From Amoebidium appalachense (lineage: Eukaryota; Protista; Ichthyosporea), in the NCBI GenBank assembly GCA_963693365.1, contig CAVNZM010000018.1:186001-250000 (forward strand): a DNA stretch of 64,000 nucleotides, read 5' to 3'. This document shows, piece after piece, positions 11,271 through 29,634 of this stretch (position 1 is its first letter; every line of letters starts with the position of its first letter). Made by a program: the position numbers and the translations under genes. The notes under the pieces were generated by a model that saw only the letters and a list, made by a program, of their open reading frames with translations, was not told the origin of the DNA and did no database searches.

Positions 11271-11611
11271 GTTCAAGGCTAGGTTTTGGTACATGCGTTT
11301 CTGTTACTTGCCTTGTAGGATTTGGACAAAATTGTGTCGGTCGGTAGGGTGGTGAGAGGAGTGGTAGGAATAGCAAGTGGTGAGAAAGAACTTGTGTGAG
11401 GGTATATAAAAAGAAAGAAGGAGACAGGGGAAAGGGAGTTGAGGGGGTGTGGGGGAAGGGGGGTGGAAGGGTGTAGAGTGCATTCGATGGGTGCAAAGCC
11501 GTACGTGTGTGCCACGGTGTGTGTGTGTGTTCGTGTGTGTGTGTGTATGTATGTGTGCACGCGCATTTTGATTGGCCAATGCAGCACCATGAAAGCACTG
11601 ATGGGTCACGG

Positions 11612-11919
11612 CAGAGCCTCAGCGACTTGACTTGACTTATGATTATAATTGTTTGCTGAAATTGATGACTTGAATTGACTTACAAGTCGCGACTTGGAGG
11701 GGTACTATAGCTATTTATAGTAACTCATCCAGCCAGCTGGGCCACGGGCGGGCATTGCGCCCCCCCTTTTAACCCACCCTTCTATTCTTCTCCGCCCTAA
11801 GCCCCCCTCCCCCCATCAAGTCACTCCTATGTCCAGCCTCATGGCTTGACTTGACTTGGTTGAAGTCAGGAGCTTGGTGACTTCAAGGCGCGACTTGAAG
11901 TCAAGTCGCCACACCGCTG
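11612..11919. mobile_element. Possible degenerate hAT-like MITE
   Basis: Ends CAGAGCCTCAGCGACTTGACTT and (reverse complement) CAGCGGTGTGGCGACTTGACTT. Many internal GACTTGA/TCAAGTC motifs. No clean TSD. Confidence 0.55.
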
Positions 11920-12683
11920 CATGATGAAAAGCATTGATTCCAACCAATCAGGTTGAAGTGGCTCATCGTCCATCCTAATGTCGCATCATGGACATACGTC
12001 TCTGACCACCCCATACGTCACACCGGCACGTGCACACACACACCTTTAGACCAGACCTAGTTTTATTGGCCACATTTCTCGAGCCAAACATGTGACCTCC
12101 CCCCCCCCCCCCCCCCCCCCTCCCTAAAGCTTTCCCCACGGCCCAGAAAAACATATAAAAAAAAAGGGGAATGCTTACATGCGTTAGAAGTTCTCCTCCC
12201 CCCCCCCCCCTAAAGCTTTCCCCCACGGCCCAGAAAAACATATAACAAAAAAAAAAAGGGGGGGGGGGGGGGGGGGGGCAATGGCACCATAGGGACACTT
12301 CCTTTAACTTTGCGCACACACACAGGATGTGGCGCTGTACATTCGTACTTGATTGGTATAACCCATCGTCCTCAGCAATCATCAGCTTGAATACCCCACC
12401 ACCAATAAAGGTTCTTAGAGAAAGCAGATTCTAAACCGCGTACACGCAAACATATATGCACCTTTTAGTCCCAAAAAAAAAGCCTGGATAAATGTGAGGT
12501 GTTAAGTGCAGCGTGAAACGAAAAAGAATTCATACTCCTACTTAACAAGCGAATATGCGTAGCCAACCGTGGGCATGCCACACACACGATCAAGAAGCAA
12601 CGTCAAGAGCGACATTGAAGAATTTCAGGAGGGAGCAATAAGACCCCCCTCGGGGGGGTCTTTCCGCTAGGAAAAGGAGGGTT

Positions 12684-16618
<3,935 letters not shown>

Positions 16619-17666
16619 TTTTGCTTGATGCTAAGGACTATGAACAAGACGGGTGTGAATGGTTGCAGTAAAATGCCGTGTGCGAAAAGGGCACAAGGGC
16701 GCCCTTGATCTTTATGTGATTCAGCTATTATCAAGGATACGATACATTCGAAGCTAATTAATTAGCACTTTGTCCCTCCTCGATTCCTTCTTTATCGCTC
16801 AATCGTTATAATCACATGTCGAGTAGAACATATATCGCACGTGTTCGCTTCACAACAATGGAAGGAAACAACATGGCCATTGCATCGTGTAACATTTGTT
16901 TTCACATAGTCAACCTATGGTAGCTTATATGGGCATGGCTTCCACAGCAACAAGAGACGACATTGAATAATAAGGCTGCAGTTTATTATTAATTTGAAGA
17001 TCTTTCTATTGCCATCACGGGAATGTGCAGATGCATGGATACAGAAATTGCACACACCGGATCCCGGGTCCACCATCATGCAGATGCCATAGCAATTGAA
17101 GTGTTTAAGGAATCTAGATCTTTGTTTAGCACAAGTCTTAACTATATGGTATGACTGTGTGTAGAGTCTGTTATGTGTTGCATAATCTTCTTGCTACCAA
17201 AATCTAAAGCCCTTCACCATGTTACAAATTCTCAAGCATCACTGTACACGTGCAAGGCTTAGTTATATTAACTATTCAAGCTAACCAGGGTTATACACAT
17301 GCAGATATTACAAATACACGGACACTTCATGTAGAAGACGCTGCACGTAGATGAAGCACATTGTAGTAATGAAGTGTACACTGTGTGGGTGGGTTGCAAT
17401 GGCGGGAGCAAATCCTAGTTGCTGTCTTGGGTGGGGGTGGTGGTCTGGCCAGCCAGCTGTAAGAGAGAGGAAAAAAAAGGGGAGTTAGGAGGCATTTCTA
17501 GTGAACTCACACATCAAGCTCAACAATTTTAGTATGTCCACACTATGGACGTAACTTATAACTATGTATATTGAATGGGAATGTAGATCAGCTACTCAAC
17601 ACAACCAAAAAACATCGGGCTCAACTGAGTGTTTGAAGAGTGTGGGAAGGGGCTTGGAGGGGACCC

Positions 17667-17698
<32 letters not shown>

Positions 17699-18030
17699 CG
17701 GGGAGGGGGAGGGAGGGAGGCGCTATGTGTGCAGTTTGGTTACTGTGATTTATGCACTACTATATAATGAAAATATCTCAGTCCCAGAAGGCTATAAGAG
17801 ACACTCTGTGTTCCGAACTTTGAAGAATTGTTCTTTCGGTATGCACGTGACACGTAACTTGGCATTTCATTTTTTAAGGGGAGGAGGGGGGGGGGGGGGG
17901 GGGGGATGGGGGAGGGGGAGGGAGGAGGAGGGGGGGGGGGGGGGGGGGGGTAGGCAATGTAAGAAGAGGGCAGGAAAGTTTTTTTTTTTTTTTTTTTTTT
18001 TTTTTTGGAGTGGGGGTGGGGGGTGGGGGG

Positions 18031-20675
18031 TTATACCACACGGCCGATGTCAGCAAGCACCTTCTGGGCAAAGAACATATTCTGCTTGAGAATGTCGCGC
18101 TCCTGCATGGGAAAAACAGACACCTGGTCAGAATTAATTAACCCCATCGTTATCCCACATAAGCTTTCTGAATCTCCGTTTCTTAGACTATACCCTTGGA
18201 GGTTCCGTTCTACGTGTGCATGTGCAGAAAAACTGTGTGCAACAACCAAGTAACATGTGCAAGAGGAGGTATATAGTTAAGGAAATTTGTATGAATGGTT
18301 GGGAAAATAGGACATGGGCCGTGTGTGTGGGGGGGGGGGGGGGGGGGGGAGGATGGCTTGTGCGCGCTTGTCTTTGTGTGTGGGTGCGGGGGAGGAGAGA
18401 AGGGAGAGGGGAGAAGCCTTGGGGGGGGGGGGGATCCTATGCTGCCCCAAGTTTCTATCTTTTTAATTCCCTTCACAAGTGGCGTGTGTGTGTGTGTGGT
18501 AAACCTAATACTCGTTGTGGCTTCTGCGAGCGCTGGTTGAAAAGGGGGAGAAGGGGGAGGGGGGGGGGGGGGGGGGAGAGAGAGAGAGAGAAGGGGGAGG
18601 GGGGTGGAGGGTGGGGGGAGGGAGAGAAGGTAAGGAGCGATAATGTGATGCAATTGGACAAAAACATCTCAGAAACTATAGGAAACTAAGAATTCCGCAC
18701 GGTATTCAATTGAAACGTCATCACCTACCCCAGCGACGACCTCGTTTGCATCACACACCTCCATCAGCCTGCCCTCCGACCAGATGACAATGCCTTGTAG
18801 TTCCTCCTCTCTCTTGCGCAGCCACGTGGGGTTGGCCTGCTTGAGCACGGGGAGGGCCTTCGCAACACTGCTCAGAATGTCGATGTGTGACTCGATTTCA
18901 GTAAGCAGGGCTTGCGCTTCGGTGGCAGTGGCAATGGAAAGGAGAGGTCCGGGTTCTGCGCTTATCATTCTCTCCGTTTCTTCCTCGATTGCAGCTATAT
19001 CTCGTTTTGTCTTTTCGATCTCTCTCTCCATTTGCTCGATTGCACGCCGCTTATCCAGGATACTTTCTGCCAGGTCTGTGTTTTCCTTTACGGCGTCAGC
19101 AATCATCTTGCTCGTTTGGCGCTTCGCCTCGACCACCTGTTCTTCCTCGTTTCTGTCCGTGTCGGTGTTTCTGAGGGCATCCTCAACGATCTCTGTGATT
19201 TCTTTGAGGATAGCCGCCTGCGCCTCCTTGGCCCTGCGCTTGTTGGGGTCCCCGGCCTGCATGTTCTTGCTGGAGTGGGGCAGGTAACGTGGTTAGGCAC
19301 TGACATGATGTTTGGAGTGAGGATCTGAGAATGAAAAGAAATAAATTAATACTCGGGTTTCTCTCGTTTTGTCTTTTTTTTTTTTTTCAGTGAAAAAAGA
19401 ACGAGAAAATGCTGTCAATGATCATAGTTTGTTCGGTTTATTTACTCTCTTGCTTTCTTTGCCTTGTTACCCCCCCCCCCCCCCCCCCCCCCCCAAAACC
19501 CTCCTTTTCCTCCTTCCTTTCTAATTTTACAACACATGTACGTGCACGCAAACACACACTGTGACACCAAGCGCTCCCTTGCTACACCCACCCCTTCCTT
19601 TAGGCAAGCAAACTTCAGAGTAGTGCACAGCAAAAAAGCACATTATACCCGCTTTTAGTTTTGACGGGAGCAATATCATGCAGATCACATCCAATAGAAT
19701 CAACTTGCATCAGCACGTCTTCTTTTCTGACACCCACCTCTTTGTAGCGAGGGCAAGGATTGTGCGTGTGGCCTTGTTGAGGCGGATGAATCTTGCCTGT
19801 GCACGTGCAGCCTCAGCCCTCTGCTCGTCATAGCACTTGGCCATGTGCTGCTGCACAAGCAGCGCTCCCAGTTGCTGGTCGATGATCTTTTCCTCCTCAA
19901 GAATCTCGGCGAGTTCTTGAACTTGCTGGGCAAAGGGGTGGTTGACTTCTTCCTCCTGGAAAGAAGAGGAGGAGGAGAAGGAGGAGGAGGAGCGGGAGTT
20001 CGAAGAAAAACTCATAGAAGAAGAAGAAGAAGACTTGAAGAAAAAAAAAGTAAGACGGATAGTTCGTAGAGGAGGAAGGGATTTATGAGCAGGAGAACAT
20101 GTCGTTGTTGCCTCTGTGCCAGATATCATTCACGGCAGGGTTCATATCATTCTGACCGGTATAAAGTTTACCAGATAGACATATGCCATGCCTTTCAAGC
20201 CAAGCTATTCATGAAGCAACATGTATCTGTCCATTTTTCATTGGTAAAGGGCTCGTGCAGGTTTCCTTTGAAAGAGCAAGTTTCTGGCCTAGGAGTTTCA
20301 TCATGAATTCATGATTTCTTCCAACGTCTCATTCTCTTCATCCAGCTCCAAAGTTTGGTGTTACATTTAGACGGGTAGCGGCGCAGAGAGAGAAGTGAGC
20401 CTCTACCTACCAACCCAATCAAACTGTGCCCATGTCCCAGAAAATGGCAAAACGACCTATAATGCCTGCGTTTTGAAACAACTAGACTTGATGAAAGAAT
20501 CACAAAGGAAACGGTGCCAAACAAAGAAAAAGAAAACAGGGGATAAATTGCCTACCGATGTGTCTTCAATTGGTGGCATGGTAGCACTCTTGAGGTCAGC
20601 AGTGGCAGGGGCACGGAGACTCTTGAGAACCATTTTCTGCTTCCAAGAGGAAGAAATTTCAGTCTTCTTGTCCAT
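18031..20675 (-). CDS. Hypothetical coiled-coil protein; exons 20556-20675, 19738-19955, 18669-19269, possible last exon ~18031-18102
   Basis: Phase-compatible GT-AG junctions join MDKKTEISS..PPIEDTS|EEEVNHPFAQQVQEL..|KNMQAGDPNKRRAKEAQ... The sequence is E/K/Q/A-rich and heptad-like; no family recognised. Confidence 0.7.
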
Positions 20676-22129
20676 TTTCTGCTTTTTCTGCAGTTTTTGC
20701 GAGCTTCTGTTGACAAGAAATAGAACGGGGACCGTCAACGTTAACTGGCTCTATAGCTAGAGGTCACTAAGAGCTGTCAGACCGCGTAAACGCTGCTTTG
20801 AATAAGATTTCACAATGATTTAATTTCTGTCACATTCACGTCTATCTCTCTTTCTCTGCTCTCCGTTTCTCTCTCTCCCTCTCCCTCTCTCCCTCTGTAT
20901 ACGCATACACAAAATATGTTTTTTTTGTGTTGGGTTGGTTTTTCTCTTTCTCTTTCGGTGACGTCTTTTCTGTGTCTGAATGCGGCTCCAAAACTGAAAC
21001 ACGTGAAATGGCCACGTACGTATACCTTGTTTTTTCACACGTCAACCTTCGATGCCCTTCCAAAGTATTTGTGTCGTTCAGCCTCGTTCTGCGTTATACA
21101 CGTGGACAGTGTTTGGCTTTTTGTACTGCAGTCACAGAAGCGGTCATGCGAATTTGATTCGACAATCGAGTTCCCATGCGACGATTGGTTAACTAGAGCT
21201 ATTTGTCTATTCTATTGGTTGGACGTCAAGGAAAGCGAATAGAGATCTTGCCGAAGAACCAGGTAACGGCACGAAAAGCAGAATGGTACATTCGGGTCTA
21301 CATTGGCGGCTATCGGGTCTGCATGATAAATGATCCAAACAGAGTGCTCGTCAGTGAGTCGTCACAAGTCGTCTTTTGTCTTCCTAATATTCCCAGAAGC
21401 CTGGCATTAATATTATCTATAAAATTTCCTATCACTATATGCATTTTTAACCTAGCTTGATATTTTTCTGCTAAGCGTATACTATGGTTTCTAAAATAGG
21501 ATATTTGTCCCAAATAAAACAAGTGGGAGACACGGCCCTCTGGAACACCGGTGGGACATCACGGAAACATTGTCAGGTGACCAATCAAATGCCTCCAACT
21601 GACATTTGGATTGCACCTGTATTGGCGGGTCGATATGGTATGAACTATTTTTGGTTTTCGTGTCCTCACTCTTTTCACCTCTTTTGAGAAGGCTTTCACG
21701 GCTCCTCAGAGTCTCCGCACCCGCGGCTCCCGAACCCAGGAACGCTGGTGTCGCCATATTCACCTTTGCCTGTCTATGACCAAGCTTTCACGTGCTCTCA
21801 AATTTCACACATTTCACGCGCACGCGTGCTTTCATACAGGCACATATAAACACATGCACGCAAATGCACACACAGACATACACTCAGTGCCACGGCTATA
21901 CACGTAGGAGGACATCATGGTTCAAGTTGTTAATAAGTATATAAGTTTATTTCTTCGAATTCGATCTCAGTGTCTTACTTCAATAGGTTACAAAAACCTC
22001 TGGTTTTCTATCATTAACTTTCATGCCGTGTTTTTAACAAGGCACCTCAACTGACATTATTCTGTACACGGACATGTACACACCCCCAAAACAGGCACAT
22101 GCACTTAGGGTAGAGTAACGAGCATCACA

Positions 22130-23070
22130 ATGTCTAACATCCGTAACCTTTGCTTCTTCCTAGAGCAAGCTGACCTGTGTAGCTTTGACACACGGGCACA
22201 GAAAAGACTTGAGTATCTGCTTGACACCCTAACCCTAGACGACGCAAACAACGCCAACCCTACGGACGTTAACTTCATCGTTTCCAGAATCGAAGAAATC
22301 AAGGAAATAGCGACTGAGCGGTGTGACTACAAGAGAGATCAGTTACCCATCCTCGCAAACGAAAACGAAAACCTTGAGTGCAACCACTACGACCCCTCCA
22401 CCAAGACCGAGGCTGTCTGCTTCAACGAGAGGGCAGAGGCGATGCTCAACGTGCTGAAAGAGATATCCTCCCTGTGTGCAAATGTGCGTGAGCGTTCCGC
22501 CTGGGTGAGTTCCAGTTCTTCTTCCATCGTTCCAGACACCCCAGCAAAAATCATCACCATCGTCCACAAATACGACAGCGAGCACGAGGGAACTGCCGTA
22601 GCTCGGCGTATGGCTACCCTCTCCAAAAATCGCACATACGACCACGTCCGCAAGCAAAACACTGAGTTAAAGAGGCAGGAGGCGGTTGTGAACAAAGGGC
22701 ACGAAGCTACGAAAAACGAACTTATCAACATCAAGAAACATTACTTCGCAGCTGTGGGTTCGAAAGAGAAAACGGAGAACAAAGTCAAGGTCAACCGCAA
22801 CGTCCGCACACAGCAGACATCTATAACGGACAAGACAAAGTGGACGCAGTTTGATTTTGCTTCCCACAACACGGTGGAGCAGGTGAGGGTTGCACGTGAG
22901 CTCTACCAGATCAACAGTCAGGTGTCACACGGTTCGAATTCGCTCAATGTTGCAGTCCTCGAGGGCTACATCCACACACTCAAGAAGCCAGAGGCCGAGT
23001 ATGTCGTAGGTGCCCCTTGCTGTGCACTATGTAACCAACTAGGTCACATAACTATACCTTCAAATTCAAA
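22130..23070 (+). CDS. Orphan ORF, about 310 uninterrupted codons before it runs into simple repeats
   Basis: Long open frame with protein-like composition, good ATG context (CACAATG). The true 3' end or splice point is unknown and no motif was recognised. Confidence 0.65.
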
Positions 23071-23173
23071 TGAAAATGTTTTTTTTGGTTTTTTTTTTTC
23101 CTTTTTTCTTTCTTTCTTTCTTTCTTTCTTTCTTTTTTTTTTGTGTGTGTGTGCACGTGTTGGGGGGGGGGAA

Positions 23174-23247
<74 letters not shown>

Positions 23248-24430
23248 TCTCAGGTGTGTGTGTGTGTTGAGGGGGGGGGGAGGGGGGGGGGGGGGGGGGG
23301 GGGGGGGGAGTGAGGGGTAAGACGGGAGGCATGGGAGGTAGAGAAGGTTAACGTTGACTGACTTTTTCTGGTGGTGATGCTACTTGCCAACTTCTGGTGG
23401 GCTATTACTATGATACACCTAGTGGCCAGATTCAACCGGGAGCAATCCCCCCCCCCCCCCCCCAACCACCACCACCACCACCACCATTAGCCACCCTCCC
23501 ACCCTCCCACCCTCCCTCTCCGGCCCCTTCTCCCACTCCACTTTTTCCAAGGCTTGCAATTGCATAAGTGGGGTGGGGTGGTATTGGTGGTGGTGGTGGT
23601 GTGTGTGTGCCTGTGCGTGGAGGGTGGCGGTGGGGGAGGGGGAGGGGGGGAGGGGGAGGGGGGGGGGGGGAGGGGGGGGGGGGGGGGCAGGGAAACGCTG
23701 GGTTCTTCAACATTAACACTCATCCTGTGCATCTTTTTGTGCAGCTAAGGTTCGGATATCATAGTGGCTTAGTGGGTGACCCTAGTCCTGGCTCAACTTC
23801 GGCGCTTATATAAAACGTTTGTTGCCACAAAAAAGACATATAAGTTGACTATTTGGCTAATATTTATAATTAATCGTTACAGTATTTTGGCGAGTATTTT
23901 TGGAGTGCAAGAAAGGTGACGCCAAGGCATGGAGAACTGGATTAACGGGGGTGAGGCAGCCACGTTCGGAGGCTGCTAGATCTAAGATTTGCTTGGAATC
24001 GGAGAAAATTCTGCATTCGTTCGAAATCTGACGGCTTCAATATTGGCACACACTGACATTCACACCCATCCCCGCAGTTCCTCGGCGATAGTGTTACAGC
24101 AGAAACCATGCTTTCCTTCTTTACTGCAGAGAGAGACAGGCTGAAGGTAAAATTTAACCTCCTGCTTGGCCTAATACATATGTAACCCCCCCCCCCCCTC
24201 TTCCCCCCCCGAGGTCGCAAGGCCCTCCTAGGTACACGGTCAGAAACACACCTACATGCACACACCCACATACACACGTACCTTCAAACAGCTACACATG
24301 CTTGCTCTAAGGTTACAAACACAATCCCACGCGTACACTCTTTTCCATATCGTGAGCTGCCCCTGGTGACCCACATCTGCCCATGGCAACCTGCAGCACG
24401 AATTCACCATCTGACTACCGTCACTAACCC

Positions 24431-24478
<48 letters not shown>

Positions 24479-25121
24479 AAAAAAAAAAAAAAACTACCAG
24501 CATGATGGCATAACACAAATACACAATGTCATGTGCGCACGCACGTGCCTACCCACACACACACACAGGACGAGAGCACGATTCCTGAGGAGGCATGCAG
24601 CGACGAGGAGGATGACTGGGAGGGCCACCCGCTGTCGACGACAGACTCGGTTCTCAGTGCATAGGCAAGACTGATCAGATGTGAGATGATAGCACATTTA
24701 TTGAAAAGGAAAAAGAGAATACAAAAGGAAACTTTCGACCTCGGCTCTGCCCATTGGCAGGGAAACGTGACAACCCTCGTGTTAAAGGCACACCCATTCA
24801 GGAATTTCCGGTGCTCTCACGCTACATTACAATTAGACACAACAACGTTACCTCTATCACGATTACTAGACTGCCAATGTTTAAAACTTACGAACTGAAA
24901 AGGTACTTGTATTGATGGTGTCCAACTCAATAAAGACAATCTTTTCGGCCAGCCCACTGTACCCGTGTATACAAGCATGTACAAGTGTACCTATGCACGT
25001 GCAGAAACGGAAAAACCATTGTCAGCCTCCTGGCGAGAGAACGTGTGTGCATGCATAATACCGATCGCATATGCACATAGTGAACTTCGAACTAAGCACA
25101 CATTGCACACACATCCAACCC

Positions 25122-25427
25122 TCACAAAATCTTCGTGCTAACCTCAGCAACCTTCTTCAACACACCCTCCCTAATTCTCCTCACGACCCCATCCTGTGTG
25201 TTAAAGTTAACCCTCTCAACGCTATCCTCAGTAGGGGACAAATGCAGGTCTGTGGGGTGCCTGTCTATGATATCGATGGGCAGAACGAGTCGGGATGTGC
25301 TTGTGATGAATGCTCCCTGCCACTGGTTGATGTCTTGAAGTTGCGGGTTGCACAGCCGCACGGGTATTCCTGTAAAAACAAAAAATCCGTCAGAATCATT
25401 TGCCCCCCTTCCTCCTCTGAACCCCCC

Positions 25428-25507
<80 letters not shown>

Positions 25508-26638
25508 GGAAAAAAAGAAAAAAAAGAAAAAAAGAACTCCCTACCTCCACCACCACCACATCTCCCCTCCCCTCCCAACATCTGCCTCCCCGCCGCGCCA
25601 CACACAGTCAAATCACACAATGGCCAACACATGCCCTGATCCACTTATCCTAATATGGGAAATAATAGACATGGGACAAGCCAACAGAGGGTTGGGAGAC
25701 TGGGGCATGAGATGGGGGAGCAAAGGAGAGGGAGAGCCGGGGGGGGGGGGGGGGGGGAAGGAAAGGTCGTGGTGGTGGTGGTGGTGTTGGTTGGGGGGGG
25801 GGGGAGGGGGGGGGGGGGGGGGGGGGGAGGGGAAGACGAGAGGGGGATGAGTGGGGCAGGATTTCCATGTGTGCTGATAAAGCCCACACCCCACCATCAC
25901 TTCAACTGATTGAATCACCTCAGTTTGAGGGGGTCGGGGAAAACCGCCAAGGGAGAAGGGGGAAAAGGGGGAGAGAGAGAGAATGAGGGGGGGGGGGGGA
26001 GGGGGGGGGGGGGGGAGGAGGCGGGGGAATGAGAGCGAGCGAGCCAGAGAAAGAAGAGAGTGTGTGTTTGAAAGGGGGGGGGGGGGGGGGGGGGGGAGAA
26101 GAGAATGCAGTGGTGTTGGTCGTACACATACATATTCGAGGTAGGGGGAAGAAGGGGTGGGTGGGATGGGATTTTTTGTTTCAATTTATTTTGTTTTTTT
26201 AGACACATTTTACTATAATACATTTTGAAAAGTATAGTATAAGTATATCACCGACCTACCAAATTTGGTAAGATCGCGAAAAAGATATTCAAAATCGATA
26301 TACTTAAGTATATCGATCATATGAGAAGGCCAAAAGATATACTTCGGAAGTATAGTATATCTTTTGGCCGGATCAAATTTGATTGGATGCGAACGCATCG
26401 AATGCGCACCAAGAACGGATTGGCTGTTCACGATATACTTTTTATAAACTAAACAAACGGTGGTACGGTAATATTGACCACATCGAAAAGTATAGTATAA
26501 GTATATCTCGATATACTTATACTACACTTTTCAAATTGTGTTCTCGTAAAATGTGTCTATTATTAATATTAATATTAATATTATTATTAATTTCAATATT
26601 ATTTATTATTTATTATTATTATTATTATTATTTTATTT

Positions 26639-26681
<43 letters not shown>

Positions 26682-28114
26682 AGAAACGAGGGAACAAACG
26701 CACCCAAATCCCTGCAAACCTGCAGTGTGACATCACGCACAGTGCCCTTGAGAATTCCCTCGTCTGCCGTCTCGACCACCCCATCTAGGGTGACGGCAAA
26801 GAAGTTGCTGCTCATGCCCTCCGCTATGCTGCCCTGATCATCAACCAATAGAATCTCGTTGACGTCACCTGTACGCGCGTGTGTGTGCACGTGCATGCGC
26901 ATGGGTGTAGATGGGGTGTGGAAAGAGGGAGGCAGGGGGGGGGGGGGGGGGGGAGGGAGGGGGAGGGGGGAGGGGGGGGGGGGGGGGGGGGGGAGGTTAG
27001 AACTGGTTACGGAGTACGAAGCACACACTAACAACCGACAACAGTACATAGCAGATTGAAGAGTGGGTGAAGGGGCTTGCAGGGGTGCTGTGGGGTGTTC
27101 AAAGGGGGAGAAAGGGTGGGAGAGGGGGGGAAGGGTGCAAAGGACAGCGACCGTAAGTGTTGCTATACCTGTCTTTTGGTGTTGCAGGAAAAAATTAGGG
27201 TGTCCGTGTGTGCATGTATGTGTGCGTATGCCTGTGTGCCTATGTGTTACATGTGCATGTGTGAGGATGTGTAAAGGCGTGGGCCTATGAACCCGTAGTG
27301 GTGCACGCACGTATGTGTGTGTGCAAATGTGGGTGTGCACGGTGCATTTCTGAGAACGACATTCACACACTTTCTATCGACTTGTGTGCATCCGTGCCAC
27401 GTGTGTCTCGGGCGGAAAGGCCTTGGATGGGTGGGTCGGTGGGTGGGTGTGGGGGGGATTGGGGTTAGGGGAGAGAGGGGGGGGGGGGGGGGGGGGGGAG
27501 GAGGGGGTGTAGAATGCAGAACACGTTACGAAGTAAAGCTACACGATGAAAAACACGGTGCAGAAGACATGCAAGGCAAACATTCATTGACGTATGCACC
27601 GTCAGCAGAAGCCATCCCCAAGGGTGGGGGGAAGGGAGGCAGCGGATGGGAGGAGAGAGGGAATGGGGGGGCAGGGGAGGGAGGAAAGGAGGAAGGGGGG
27701 AGAGGGGGGGATGTTGCACGTACTCGGCTTATTCTGGTCTAGGGCCTGTCTGTCTCTGACCCACTGGGAGTCCTTTGCATGTGGGTTTTCGCGGGGGGAT
27801 CCATGCACAAGCACCCGCACGGGGGGGCGGGGCACTGGGGGCATGGCAACCACATGGGCGAAAATGTCATAGGACCCCCCAACAGAGTGGGACTCATCCC
27901 CCCAGGACACGAGAATCGTGAGCTTGCACTGTGTGTGTTTTTAGTCGTGGTGGTGGTGGTGGTGGGGGGGGAGCGGAGTTGGGGTGGTGGTGGCGGTTTT
28001 AAGATAGGGGGGGAGAGGGGGGGGAAGGGGGGGAGGAGGGGGGTATGGTAGTTGTGTTGGGGGGAAGGGGGGATTGGGGGGAGTGGGTTGGGGCAGTTTT
28101 GGGTGTGTGTGTGT

Positions 28115-28150
<36 letters not shown>

Positions 28151-28294
28151 GGGAGGAGTATGGATGTGCAGAAGAGGGGGCAGATGATAGCACGGGTGAG
28201 TGAGTATGGGAACGGGGGGGGAGAGGGGGGGGGGGGGGGAGGGGGGAGGAGGGGCAGGGGAGGCGAGAGAGAGGGGGGGGGGGGAAGAAGGGGG

Positions 28295-28333
<39 letters not shown>

Positions 28334-28483
28334 GGGAGTAGGTAAAGGGGTGGGGAAAGCGAGGGTTAGTTTGTGTGTGTGTGCGTGAACACGTGCACAT
28401 GTGTGTGCATATGCAAGCATGTGTGTGTGCATTTATTGGGGGAGGGGAGAACGGGGGGGGGGGGGGGGAGAAGGTGTGTGTGT

Positions 28484-28514
<31 letters not shown>

Positions 28515-29301
28515 GGGGGGGGGGCTGGAATGCCAGAAAAAATGAGGGATCCGAGCTCAACTTGCAGAGTGAGCCCACCTGAAGTCAACAGAGTTGCTGA
28601 TGGTGCCGCAATCCAACAACACAAAAAGAGTGCAACAGCACAACCTAATGTACCACCGCCACGGTTTAAACCTCCCCCCCCCCCCCCCCCCCCCCCCCCC
28701 CGGGGGTCGGGCATCCTCTTTTTAGTAAGATCCCCCCCCCCCCCCCCCCCCCCCCCCCCGAACTCCTCCCCCCTCCCCCCCCCCCCCTCCCCCCCCACAC
28801 ACCCCTTCCCCTCCATGTCTTGCAAAGTCTTTCACTTTCATGGTTGTAAACCAGGTACTCGCATGCCAAATCTTGCCCGTAGGAGAAGAGGGGGGGCATT
28901 TTGGGGCGAGAGGGGGGAGAGAGAGAGAGAGAGAGAGACAGAGAGAGGGCGGGGAGGGGGGGGGGGGGGGGGGGGGAAGAAGGGGGAGGGAGGGGAGGGG
29001 GGGGGAAAAGATTTTTTACCTCTCCCACGTGTGCCTGTGTTACGTCATCCAAACCATCATTTGAGTGTGACTGTGTGGGGGCCAAATCATGATACCTTCT
29101 GACAGCACACGACAATAGGTGCGTCAGCTGGGGCCGGAGATAGGCGGGGTCACAGGCTAGGTGCACGTCACCAAAAGCCCCTGTGTGTGTGTGTGTGTGT
29201 GTGTGTGGTGGGGCGGGGGAAGGGGGGGGGGAGGTCGTGTGTGTGTGTGTGTGTTCGTGTGTCTGTGTGTGTGCTTGTAGATGTGTGTTGTGTGTGTGTG
29301 T

Positions 29302-29343
<42 letters not shown>

Positions 29344-29383
29344 GGGGACGGTGATGGGTGTGTGTGCCTGCGTGCGTGTACAG

Positions 29384-29427
<44 letters not shown>

Positions 29428-29603
29428 ATGCGTGTGTGTGATTGCATGTATGTGTCGTAATCGTGTTACACATACGATTAGTATGGAATTGCTTATTTCC
29501 GAGTATCTTGTTTTATATAGTGTGTACCTTTTGTAGCATCATATCATGCTAAACATCCCCCGGTAAGTTTGTTTTGCTAAGTCACCCTAAGGAAAACGTT
29601 GAA

Positions 29604-29634
<31 letters not shown>

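Noticed and set aside
12125-12245. 34-bp direct repeat TAAAGCTTTCCCCACGGCCCAGAAAAACATATAA (and a similar small one at 8820-8895)
   Set aside because: Two-copy local slippage duplications with no sign of function.
20990-21763. Possible gene or TE remnant on the minus strand
   Set aside because: Only short stop-interrupted frames with no recognisable motif or consistent splice pattern.
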